A stretch of DNA of 64,000 nt, taken from an uncultured virus (IMG/VR IMGVR_UViG_2049941000_000086) (Duplodnaviria > Heunggongvirae > Uroviricota > Caudoviricetes). Shown in pieces: positions 41,713 through 50,210 of the stretch (positions are counted from its first letter, which is position 1; every line of letters starts with the position of its first letter). The translations under genes were made by a program, and so were the position numbers. The notes under the pieces are model-generated. The model saw only the letters and a program-made list of their open reading frames with translations, was not told the DNA's origin and did not search any database. The stretch lies in the IMG/VR virus record IMGVR_UViG_2049941000_000086; one strand, given 5' to 3'.

Positions 41713-42564
41713 TCAGTCTTCTTCCGTCTTACCGAATACGATTTCCCGGAGGACGTTTGCTTTCTCTTTCCGCTTCTCCACTCTCCGGCTGTCTCCCGAA
41801 AATACCATCGGTACGCACATCTCCAGCACTCTGTCGTAGATGCGCTTATATCGGATGCTCTCCTGCGACCGCATGTCTTTCAGCGATAGGTTGGTGGTTA
41901 CTATAAGGGGCTTGCCCGTCCTGTACCTTGCGTCTATGAACTGGTATACCGTTTCCGCCGAGAATTCCGTATCTCTCTCAACGCCAAGGTCGTCAACGAT
42001 AATGAGGTCGTATTCCATTGCCTGCCGGACTATGTCGTTCATCTCGAACTTTGAAATTCCGAGTATTACCGGGAACGACGTCATCATCACGGGTACGCCC
42101 CGGTCTATAAGGGCGTTGGCGATACATGCTGCCGCGTAAGTTTTTCCGGTCCCTACCGGGCCGCTCATAAGCAGCCCGGTATTCTGAACTTTGATTTCGT
42201 CCCAATGCTCTACGAACGCTCGGCACTTCTGGATGTTCTCGTTCCCGTCGGAATCCTCGAAGCGAACATCACGAAGACTCTCGTCCGATATCCCGCTGAC
42301 GCGCATATTTGAGATTCGGATTCGGCGCTGCTCCTCCTTGAAGTCCTGCTCCTTTTTGGCGTATGCGTCTTCCCCGCACTTGCACAGGCACGGCACCGTA
42401 AATATCCTGCCCATGATCTCCGTTCTGCACTCTTTCTGCTGTCCGCACACCCCGCAGCACAGGAGACCGTCTTCATTCCGGAAGTCTCCGTCCTCCGCCT
42501 CGGCAGGAGCGGTATTCCTCACGATTTCCTCCAGCAGGAAGTCTCCCAAAGATTCCAGCGCCAC
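41713..42564 (-). CDS. DnaC/IstB-like helicase loader ATPase
   Basis: Zn-binding Cys pairs, GPVGTGKT, LIIVDDLG, TTNLS, RIYDRVLEMC. Confidence 0.92.
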   Translation of the reverse strand: MALESLGDFLLEEIVRNTAPAEAEDGDFRNEDGLLCCGVCGQQKECRTEIMGRIFTVPCLCKCGEDAYAKKEQDFKEEQRRIRISNMRVSGISDESLRDVRFEDSDGNENIQKCRAFVEHWDEIKVQNTGLLMSGPVGTGKTYAAACIANALIDRGVPVMMTSFPVILGISKFEMNDIVRQAMEYDLIIVDDLGVERDTEFSAETVYQFIDARYRTGKPLIVTTNLSLKDMRSQESIRYKRIYDRVLEMCVPMVFSGDSRRVEKRKEKANVLREIVFGKTEED

Positions 42565-42565
42565 G

Positions 42566-43447
42566 TCACAATGCTCCTTCCGTGTCCGAGTAGTCATAGT
42601 TGGCAGTCCGGCTTCCGCTCCCGCCATTTGGCTTCTTTCCCTTGATGCTTGCAAACGCCACGCCCATGTATCCGTTGGCAATGCTGTCGGAAATGACAGT
42701 CATCACAGCCTCATCCCCGTACTGTTCCGCGTAGCCCTTTACCTGCGTGATGAACTTCTTTATGCTCACAGGCTTGTAGGCTTCCCGGCGCTGTTTCTTG
42801 TACTTCAGCCATTCCACCACGGAGTCTGCCATCGGTTTTGAGAGTACGGACAAATCCTTCTCGAACTCTTCTTTCCCGTAATCCGTCTTCTTGGAGGGTT
42901 TTTTCTCGTCTTTTTCATTCCCCCCCAGACCCCCCTTTAGGGGGGTATCTTCTTCTATATCTTCTTCTTTATCTATATCTATTCTTATTCTAGGTGCGTT
43001 ACATTGCGTTACATCGTAACGCTCTGTAACGTTACATAACGTTACGCCGTTATTTTCCTGTAATGCCTTTTGCCGCTGCCTGTAATTTGCTACGCGGTTT
43101 CTGTTCTGCTCCCGAATCTTATCCAGTCCCTCTGCGTTCTGATGCGCGGCCCAATCCTCGATCACGAGGAATCCGTCCCGTCGAATCATGCCGAGGCTTT
43201 CCAGCGCATCGAGCGCAAGTATCACCGTGTTCTCCTCAAAGTCCAGTTCATCCGCCAGCATCTTCGGCGTATAGGGGATGTTCTCCGTGAGAAATATCAT
43301 CCCGCCAGCATTGCACTTCCCTGCCAGAGAGAGGAGCATCACCCAGATAAGAACGATGTTGTTTCCGTCCGGCAGCTTGCGGAGATGCCGAATCTTCCGA
43401 TTCTCGAACATGTCCGTAGTTATCTTTATCCACTTGACTTCTGACAT
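42566..43447 (-). CDS. phage replisome organizer/initiator
   Basis: VKWIKITTDMFENRKIR..LPDG N-terminal domain; internal iterons. Confidence 0.9.
   Translation of the reverse strand: MSEVKWIKITTDMFENRKIRHLRKLPDGNNIVLIWVMLLSLAGKCNAGGMIFLTENIPYTPKMLADELDFEENTVILALDALESLGMIRRDGFLVIEDWAAHQNAEGLDKIREQNRNRVANYRQRQKALQENNGVTLCNVTERYDVTQCNAPRIRIDIDKEEDIEEDTPLKGGLGGNEKDEKKPSKKTDYGKEEFEKDLSVLSKPMADSVVEWLKYKKQRREAYKPVSIKKFITQVKGYAEQYGDEAVMTVISDSIANGYMGVAFASIKGKKPNGGSGSRTANYDYSDTEGAL
42955..43047. repeat. putative replication origin (GTTAC/GTAAC iterons plus AT-rich tract) inside the initiator gene
   Basis: GCGTTACATTGCGTTACATCGTAACGCTCTGTAACGTTACATAACGTTAC next to a TCTATATCT-rich tract. Confidence 0.65.
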
Positions 43448-43459
43448 GTCCGCCTCCAA

Positions 43460-43909
43460 TCAGAAGGGAAGACCATCTTCGTCGTCATCGTCCGATTCGT
43501 AGAACTTCGGTCCGTCACCGGACGAACTGTCGTCGTAGCTTGCGGCGGTCTGTTTCTGCTCCGCAGGAGCGCCCATGTCCGGAACGACGCTGGGGCTGTT
43601 CACCCACGCGACTTTCAGATCCCAGTAAGTCTTCCCGTCGTATTCCCGGCTCTCCATATCTCCGATAAGGCAGATAGGGTCTCCCCTCGTCAGGTCGCGG
43701 CAGTAGTTGACGGTCGCCTTGTCGAACGCCTTGCATTCGATGTACTGCTTTTCGTCCGTGCCGTCCTTCAGCCCGCACATGACGGAGAACTTCACGAAGT
43801 ACCCGCCTTTTTTTGTTTCGAGAAGCTGTGCGTCTCGGCTCACCTCTCCGTAAACCAGCCGCCCGGTTTTGGAGAGCTTAACCACGCCGCCCATAGGTAC
43901 GAATGCCAT
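43460..43909 (-). CDS. ssb: single-stranded DNA-binding protein
   Basis: OB-fold pattern; acidic tail ending DGLPF. Confidence 0.8.
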   Translation of the reverse strand: MAFVPMGGVVKLSKTGRLVYGEVSRDAQLLETKKGGYFVKFSVMCGLKDGTDEKQYIECKAFDKATVNYCRDLTRGDPICLIGDMESREYDGKTYWDLKVAWVNSPSVVPDMGAPAEQKQTAASYDDSSSGDGPKFYESDDDDEDGLPF

Positions 43910-43930
43910 CTTTCTTTTCCTCCGTTTCGA

Positions 43931-44590
43931 TTACCAATGCTCAGGATATCTTGTGAAATAGTGTCCGCCGACGTGCAGGAAGATTTCACCGTACAGCGGC
44001 GTGGTGGCGAAGAATACAACGTCAGGCTCCAGAATCGGCGTCTCCGTGATCGCCAGCATTACTGCTTCGTACTGATCCTCACCGGGCGTAATGTCGCCGA
44101 GCTCCAAAGCTCCGTCGCTGGGGGCAAACTGGCCCGGCTGATACAGCACCTCAAAGACAGTATTTGGGAATTTGTCGCTCAGAACCCGGTTGAGTACCAC
44201 CTCTATCACCAGCCGCATCCCCAGCAACCCTTCCCCACGCGCTTCTCGCCACGCCAGCCGCGCCAGAACTTCGATTTCTTCCGAGGTAATGATGATACCC
44301 TTCCAGCGCTCCGCGCTTTCCTGCGCGATTATGGGGCGGTCTACGACGATTTGCTTTTCCACGACGACCGGGATTTCCACTTCCACGAGTCGGGGAACGT
44401 TGACGTATTCGGTGACGGTTTCCGTTACGGTCTTCTCGACGAACACGATCTCCGGTTCCGGGGTATCCGTCGGCTCTGACGCTCTCGCCGTCATTGGGGC
44501 ATTGAGCAGTTCCCACAGGGCGAAGCACACGACGGTCATAACCGTCAGACCCAGCAGGAAGCACAGCTTTCTGACTATAGGCTTCACCAC
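43931..44590 (-). CDS. SleB-like cell wall hydrolase (Hydrolase_2) with N-terminal TM helix
   Basis: LARLAWREARGE, VVLNRV..FPNTVFEVLYQPGQF, GGHYF. Confidence 0.88.
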   Translation of the reverse strand: MVKPIVRKLCFLLGLTVMTVVCFALWELLNAPMTARASEPTDTPEPEIVFVEKTVTETVTEYVNVPRLVEVEIPVVVEKQIVVDRPIIAQESAERWKGIIITSEEIEVLARLAWREARGEGLLGMRLVIEVVLNRVLSDKFPNTVFEVLYQPGQFAPSDGALELGDITPGEDQYEAVMLAITETPILEPDVVFFATTPLYGEIFLHVGGHYFTRYPEHW

Positions 44591-45054
44591 TCCAGTTCCC
44601 CCGTTTCCTCGTCGATATAGAGACCCTCGGTCTCGTCCTCCGGTTCTCCCTCGCTCATCGTCTCCATGAGTTTTCCGATAAGCCGCTGCGGGATGATGAC
44701 GCTTACTTTCGCGTCCTGCCCCTGAATCTGCTCCCCTGCCCGTTTGCCTTTTGTCGGGGTGTAGGTGTATTCCCTCAGTCTGCCAGCCAGCAGGACGGTA
44801 TCTCCCTTGCGCAGTTCCTGAGCCGCAAGATAAGCGCCGGGGCTGTCCTTCTCTATGACCACGCAGTTCACAAACGTGTGCTTCTTCCATCTGATGGAAA
44901 AACTGCACCGTCTGGTTTTATCCCGTTCCCGGATGCTGACCTTGGGGGGGTCGCTTATCTCCCCCCAAGTCAGCATGTCGTAGTAACGGGCTGTTCTGTT
45001 ATCACCGGGCTGTCCTTCGGATATATCCCGGTCAAGCACCTTGAACTGGCCCAT
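44584..45054 (-). CDS. second SSB-like OB-fold protein
   Basis: FVNCV, LRKGDTVLLAGRL; acidic tail. Confidence 0.55.
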   Translation of the reverse strand: MGQFKVLDRDISEGQPGDNRTARYYDMLTWGEISDPPKVSIRERDKTRRCSFSIRWKKHTFVNCVVIEKDSPGAYLAAQELRKGDTVLLAGRLREYTYTPTKGKRAGEQIQGQDAKVSVIIPQRLIGKLMETMSEGEPEDETEGLYIDEETGELEW

Positions 45055-45069
45055 TCGTTTACCTCCGTA

Positions 45070-46134
45070 TCAGGAAAAGAAGCTGCCTAGGACGTCGTCT
45101 TCGTCGTCGGGCTTAATGGTTACCGCTTCCTTCACCGGCTCAAAGGCCACGTCCTGCGCGGTCGGCTCTGCGGATTCCTTCTTGGGTCGTCCGCGTCCCT
45201 TCTTCACCTGCTGGTCAGCCTCGACCGAGGCTTCGCCGTCCACCGTTCCTTCCGTGTCCGAAGGGTTAATCTGGACGCTCTGCTCCCTAATCTCCCCGGT
45301 TCCGGGGTCCACGTTCATCACGTCGAAGGAAGCGAGGGCTTCCGCGTCCTTGGCCTCCTCGTCCTCGCGCTCAAGGACCGTGTCGATGTTGGTGATGGCG
45401 CGGAGCTGGACGTAGCCGCTGTTCAGCAGACGGCGAATGACCGTCTTTTTCATCATGGTCTCGGTGGCCGAATACCACGGGCTTTTCTTCTTAAGCCGCT
45501 CCGCCTCCTCCGGGCTGAGGTCGCCGCTGATAAGCTGGCGGTATTTGGAACGGTCGAAAGTCTTGGAGTACTGCTCGGCGTGATCGAGAATTGCGCCGAG
45601 GCTCATGTACTCAGAGCGGAAGAAGCCGTCCTTTTTCTCAACGTAGGCGTAGTAGCCGATGATGGGATGCTGCTCCGCTTCCTCGTCCGTGGCGTAGATG
45701 GAGAAGTCAAACTCCGGGCGCTTCGTCCGGCGGTTGCGTCCGACGTACTCTCCCTCACGAATTTCCACGCAGTCCATGTCGGCCACGTCGCCGCCCGCCA
45801 TCGCCATTGCGATGAGACCCTTGTATGAAATCTGGAAGCTGGCAGTCCCGGCGTAAGGAACGACATAATAGCCCATGCCGAGCATGAGACCCATGCCCTC
45901 GCCCCGGAGAGCCGCCGCCACGATGGAGGCGGGATTGCAGTTCTGGAGTTCCGTGCTGGAAACCACAAGGGAAATCAGGCTCCCGGTCAGACGGGCGGCG
46001 CTTTTGGCGTCCGGCGTGGCTTTCTTAATCATGCCCTGGAGGGCGTTGCCCTGAATGGCAACGGAGAACTTTTCCTGCTTGTTTACGATAGCGCCATTTC
46101 CGCTCGTGGTAAGCGCGTTGTTAGGTCTAGCCAA
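45070..46134 (-). CDS. recT: RecT-family recombinase
   Basis: CNPASI, YVVPY..FQISYKGL, MMKKTVIRRLL. Confidence 0.9.
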   Translation of the reverse strand: MARPNNALTTSGNGAIVNKQEKFSVAIQGNALQGMIKKATPDAKSAARLTGSLISLVVSSTELQNCNPASIVAAALRGEGMGLMLGMGYYVVPYAGTASFQISYKGLIAMAMAGGDVADMDCVEIREGEYVGRNRRTKRPEFDFSIYATDEEAEQHPIIGYYAYVEKKDGFFRSEYMSLGAILDHAEQYSKTFDRSKYRQLISGDLSPEEAERLKKKSPWYSATETMMKKTVIRRLLNSGYVQLRAITNIDTVLEREDEEAKDAEALASFDVMNVDPGTGEIREQSVQINPSDTEGTVDGEASVEADQQVKKGRGRPKKESAEPTAQDVAFEPVKEAVTIKPDDEDDVLGSFFS

Positions 46135-46140
46135 TGTAAG

Positions 46141-46716
46141 TCATCCTTTCACATTGAAATCTTTTCTCAGCTTTCGCTGTATGCTTTTTATCCGGTCGTT
46201 TGCCCAAGCGTCGGAATGGCCGAACGCCTTTCCTATTCCCGTCTTTGGCTTCCCGTTCATCCGCATGAGGACAATCTTCTTTTCCTGTTCCGTGAGCCTT
46301 GCGTCGAGGTACATTTCCAAGAGCAGTTCTTCTGCCGATCTCTCGGCGTTCCAATCGACCAGCGCGTCTGCATATCGGACTTCCGTGTCTCCGCCCTCGT
46401 CATGGAGGAGAGATTGTTCCAAAGAAATGTCCCCGTCTGGCGTCCGCGTCCTTTCTCTCCATGCCGCGATGATGCTGTTCCGAATTACCGGGGCGGCAAA
46501 AGTGGCGAACTTCAGGTCGCGTGAATCGTCAAATGCAAGGGACGCTTTCCAGAGTCCGATATAACCGTCCTGAATCGTGTCGTCCGTCACCTTGATGGCC
46601 ATGTTGTTGGCGATATACGGGACCAGCTTCATGTTCTCCAGAAACAACCCCTCGGCTTCTTCAAGGCTACGCCGACACCCGCTTTGCTTTTTCGGAGGCT
46701 CGCTTTGCCCGGTCAT
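46141..46716 (-). CDS. sigma-70-family sigma factor
   Basis: NMKLV, QDGYIGLWKA..FD..KFATFA..IRN; region-4 HTH. Confidence 0.85.
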   Translation of the reverse strand: MTGQSEPPKKQSGCRRSLEEAEGLFLENMKLVPYIANNMAIKVTDDTIQDGYIGLWKASLAFDDSRDLKFATFAAPVIRNSIIAAWRERTRTPDGDISLEQSLLHDEGGDTEVRYADALVDWNAERSAEELLLEMYLDARLTEQEKKIVLMRMNGKPKTGIGKAFGHSDAWANDRIKSIQRKLRKDFNVKG

Positions 46717-47047
46717 ATTCTCTTTGCCTTTCGTTGATAGCTTCCCGGTGCTTGGCTCGGTAGGCAGCGTCCGCAATACGTTTCTGCTCTCGGTGGGTCT
46801 CGCGATACTGCCTACGGTACTCGCTGTCCCGGCGTTTTCTCTCTTCTTCTTTTTTGAGCTCATCTGCGCTTTTCGGGAGACCTGTTTCCTTTGCCCGGTG
46901 CTTTCTCTTTCCCGGTTCAGGAATGTAGTCTCGCCTATTTATCTCCCGTCTTTCCTCCGCCGTAAGCGGAAGTGCTTCGCAAATGATATCCCAAAGGAAG
47001 ATGCTCTCCAGTTCCTCCGGGGAATAGTGGTTGTTGACGCATGACAT
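46667..47047 (-). CDS. basic hypothetical protein
   Basis: YRETHRE/YRAKHRE repeats; AGGAG RBS. Confidence 0.55.
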   Translation of the reverse strand: MSCVNNHYSPEELESIFLWDIICEALPLTAEERREINRRDYIPEPGKRKHRAKETGLPKSADELKKEEERKRRDSEYRRQYRETHREQKRIADAAYRAKHREAINERQREYDRAKRASEKAKRVSA

Positions 47048-47058
47048 GTTACCAACTC

Positions 47059-47496
47059 CTAGAATTTCCGCTTGGCATACAACGCGAGGAGACAGGCTTC
47101 TGCGCAGTTGTCGTCGTCCTTCTTGCTGAGTTCCGTCCGTTTCAGGTTCACGCCCGGGAACAGCCGCTTGCAGACCTCCACGCTCTGCGCCTTGTCCGAA
47201 GTAAGCCCGAATTCTTTTTTCCAACGCTGTGGCATGATGGGCTGGTACGATATGCCGATAGCGTCAAGCATTCCCAAAAGCCAGCCGTAGGTAGTCCCGA
47301 AGTTAAACGAAGAAGTGACTCCGTTGCCATGAAGCGCGTGAACCTGTTCGATGCAGCAGACGTGCGGGAAGTTCTGCTTGATGTCTGTCAGATAGCGGAT
47401 ATACCTTTCTTTGTTAAAAGGGATTACCGCAACATCGTTATCTTGGATTGCCGCCATCGCGCCTTTCGCGCCGGGGTCAATGCCTATCCAAATCAT
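47059..47496 (-). CDS. RuvC-like Holliday junction resolvase
   Basis: IGIDPG, CIEQV, FNFG..YG, PQRWKK, AEACLLA. Confidence 0.85.
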   Translation of the reverse strand: MIWIGIDPGAKGAMAAIQDNDVAVIPFNKERYIRYLTDIKQNFPHVCCIEQVHALHGNGVTSSFNFGTTYGWLLGMLDAIGISYQPIMPQRWKKEFGLTSDKAQSVEVCKRLFPGVNLKRTELSKKDDDNCAEACLLALYAKRKF

Positions 47497-47687
47497 TTCT
47501 TTTCCTCCCGGAATACCTTCCCACCCAGATACAGCTTGTATCCCGCTTTCCGCAGTTCGTCGCGCCGCGCCCGGTCGGGGTAGCAGGACGGGTAATCGGT
47601 CTGCGCCATCACCGCCCCCTGCGCGTTCCGTACTTCAAACCGTGCCCCCTTCTCCGGAAGGGGGATTTCCTTCTTCCGCACCGCCAT
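47493..47687 (-). CDS. hypothetical protein
   Basis: 64-aa coupled ORF. Confidence 0.6.
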   Translation of the reverse strand: MAVRKKEIPLPEKGARFEVRNAQGAVMAQTDYPSCYPDRARRDELRKAGYKLYLGGKVFREEKK

Positions 47688-47691
47688 CGTC

Positions 47692-48630
47692 TCAGCCCTC
47701 GATCTTCTCGAACCAGATGCCGATACGGTCGAACGCCGCCCGAAGCTCTACGAGCTGACTGCGGGTAGCCCGGACACGGAACGCCAAAGTGTAGACGTTC
47801 TCCTTCGGCACTTCGCCGTGCTGGTAGACCGTCTGCTCCTGCGCCGGAGCGGGTTCATCGTCCAGCTTGTACTTCGCCGCCTGCGCCTGTGCCGCAGCCC
47901 TGGCCGCTTCCTGCCGCGCCTTTTCCTGTTCCTCGGCTTCTTTCCTTGCCGCTTCCGCTTCCCGCCTGCGGGCTTCCTCAGCTTCCCTGCGAGCGTCCTC
48001 GCGGCGCTTGGTTTCCGCAAGCTCGCCGTTCATCTTCATCACGGCGGCGAGGTCGTGGTTCTTGGCGTAGGCTGTCAGAAGCGTCGCTTCAAATTCGCTA
48101 CCGAGACCACGGATGGCATCCACTCCGTCGGCGCACATGTCCATCGCCTGAGCAATTTCCTGTTGGGCCTGCTCCACGGTATAGGTGACGTTCCCCCACT
48201 TGGGGTTCTGCACCTGCTCGAAGGACAGATAAGGGGCAAGCGTTCCGATGTTGTCATCGAAGAAAGTCCGAAGGCCGGCCAGCTTCTCCGCCTTGCGCTG
48301 TTCGACGTATTTGTTGATCTGCTCGCTGAGGTTGGTCTCGCTCTCGTAGCAGACGGCGGTGAGCGCCTTGCACTTTTCTTCAAATGCCGCCAAGGGCGCG
48401 GTGAAGTCCCGCTTGATGCTCTTGCGGTAATCGTCGATGGTCTTTTCCACCTTGCGGATACGGGCCAGCACATTCTTCCCTTCGACTACGTCTTCCTCGC
48501 GGAGAACCATCTTTTCATAAGGGGCCATCAGCTCCCGGAGCTGGGATTCCACTTCCGCAAAATTTGCGGTGAGGATCGTCTCCTTGATCGGCGTCAGGTC
48601 CGTCGTCAGCTTAAATTCCAGATCAGGCAT
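47692..48630 (-). CDS. DUF1351-like coiled-coil protein
   Basis: NFAEV..Y..RKSIKRDFTAPLAAFE pattern; next to YqaJ. Confidence 0.7.
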   Translation of the reverse strand: MPDLEFKLTTDLTPIKETILTANFAEVESQLRELMAPYEKMVLREEDVVEGKNVLARIRKVEKTIDDYRKSIKRDFTAPLAAFEEKCKALTAVCYESETNLSEQINKYVEQRKAEKLAGLRTFFDDNIGTLAPYLSFEQVQNPKWGNVTYTVEQAQQEIAQAMDMCADGVDAIRGLGSEFEATLLTAYAKNHDLAAVMKMNGELAETKRREDARREAEEARRREAEAARKEAEEQEKARQEAARAAAQAQAAKYKLDDEPAPAQEQTVYQHGEVPKENVYTLAFRVRATRSQLVELRAAFDRIGIWFEKIEG

Positions 48631-48868
48631 CCGCTTTCGCCTCCTCCGGCATGACCTCGACGATCTCCTTGCACTTGAAGCCGGGTTCCGGGCAGTTCAC
48701 CGACACCACGACGGCCTCACTCCGATCGCTCTTGTAGGTAGGGGCATAGACCTTCTGGCCCAGCCGCAGGTTCAGCTTCGTCTTGTAGGTATAGGTCTTT
48801 CCCGTGGTAACGCCGTCGCTGGCCGTGTACTTGACCTCGACGTACTCGAATCCGTCATACTGATTCAT
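48623..48868 (-). CDS. hypothetical protein
   Basis: YTYKT..L..GQKVYAP motif; AAGGA RBS. Confidence 0.6.
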   Translation of the reverse strand: MNQYDGFEYVEVKYTASDGVTTGKTYTYKTKLNLRLGQKVYAPTYKSDRSEAVVVSVNCPEPGFKCKEIVEVMPEEAKADA

Positions 48869-48885
48869 TCTTTTCCTTCCTTTCT

Positions 48886-49533
48886 TCAAAACCGTATCGG
48901 TGCTCCGGGGCGCTTCCCCGTCTGTACCGATTCCCAAAATTCTTCTTCCTGCTGAAGTAGCCACGCGAGATCAGCTTCATGCTCGCTGCGTTCGATAACG
49001 AATGCGTCCTTCAGGGTGATATCCCCGTTCATGTGCCACAGGGCCGGTTGCAGTACCACAAAGTCCCATCCGGTCGCAAGCAGTTGGTGGATGCACTGGC
49101 AGTAATACGCTTGAGGTATTTGACCGTCCCACTCTCTCCATGCCTCCCGGCTGTTTGGGGCAGAGGTCTTAATCTCCAAAATTCCGTTCCGACCGTCAGA
49201 AGATGTAATCTGCCCGTCAAGCGTCGCAAACAGCCAGGGCCGTTCCTCCTGATACAGAATGTCGTAGGGGTGGTACTCAATCCCGTATTCCGGGTGGAGG
49301 GCGGCGTAGAAGCCTCTCACAGCGGCCTCCATCAAATGCCCTCGTCCAACGTAATCCTTGCCGCTGATATCCTTCCGTTCCCTGCGCCCGGTGTGGATTT
49401 CCCAAAGTTCGTTTTTGGTCATCCACTTGGACATCCCGCAGACCGCCGCCGCCTCTGAAGCGCCCAACCCCCGCTCTGCTCGTCCCGCCAGCCAGGATGC
49501 CCGGTCAGGGTAACTAATTCGTTGGAGTGCCAT
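48886..49533 (-). CDS. YqaJ-like exonuclease
   Basis: GLGASEAAAVCG, ATLDG, LEIKT, YYCQCIHQL. Confidence 0.92.
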   Translation of the reverse strand: MALQRISYPDRASWLAGRAERGLGASEAAAVCGMSKWMTKNELWEIHTGRRERKDISGKDYVGRGHLMEAAVRGFYAALHPEYGIEYHPYDILYQEERPWLFATLDGQITSSDGRNGILEIKTSAPNSREAWREWDGQIPQAYYCQCIHQLLATGWDFVVLQPALWHMNGDITLKDAFVIERSEHEADLAWLLQQEEEFWESVQTGKRPGAPIRF

Positions 49534-50177
49534 TACGCCTGCATCACGTCAACGAGGTGGTAGCGCCCGTAGCCGCTGGTCCGCCCGCTGCCGATACCGA
49601 GACCGAATCCGGCGAGGTTGATGAAGCTGCAAAGTTGGTCGAGGCTGTAAACGTGGTCGGTGTAGTCCATCTTGAAGACGGCTTTCCAGCCGGAGAAGTG
49701 GCTGAGGCGCGTAGTGATGGGGGCACCGCGCTTCGGGGACATGAGGGTTTCCTCCAGCGTCCACTTGGCGAATGTGATGGGCACCAGGTTCCGCATCGCC
49801 ACGATGTTCACGGCGTTATCGACCTTCGTGGCGTACTTGTCGATCTCATTGCGGACGACGGCCTGACCGAAGGACTTCTTCAAACCGAAAGCGGAAATGC
49901 AGGGGGCGTTGTCTTTCAGCAGGGACTTGAGCATGGCTTCGTCACAGTCCTTGTAGGTGTCGGTGGTGGGCAGATCGTCCCGCCAGTGAATCGCGGTGAT
50001 GATGTCCTCCCAGGGGTTCGGGACTTCCCGGACCTTCTTGCGGTCGTCAGCCATCAGAGCGCGGCGATTCCGGGCGTTCATCTTGTTCAGGACGAGATCG
50101 CCGTCACCTTCGATGGTGATGATTGCGTGCTTGATCTTGATGGGTTCGATTTCGAGAATGTTGGCGTCCTTTTTCAT
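49533..50177 (-). CDS. solo RAMP/Cas7-like protein (Vipr-like effector candidate)
   Basis: ITIEGDGDLVL first strand, PCISAFGLKKS (cf. PxIPxSSLKG), C-terminal Gly loop AGFGLGIGSGRTSGYGRY. Confidence 0.75.
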   Translation of the reverse strand: MKKDANILEIEPIKIKHAIITIEGDGDLVLNKMNARNRRALMADDRKKVREVPNPWEDIITAIHWRDDLPTTDTYKDCDEAMLKSLLKDNAPCISAFGLKKSFGQAVVRNEIDKYATKVDNAVNIVAMRNLVPITFAKWTLEETLMSPKRGAPITTRLSHFSGWKAVFKMDYTDHVYSLDQLCSFINLAGFGLGIGSGRTSGYGRYHLVDVMQA

Positions 50178-50210
50178 GGTTTGCCGTTCTCCCTTTCTGA
50201 TTTAGAATTG

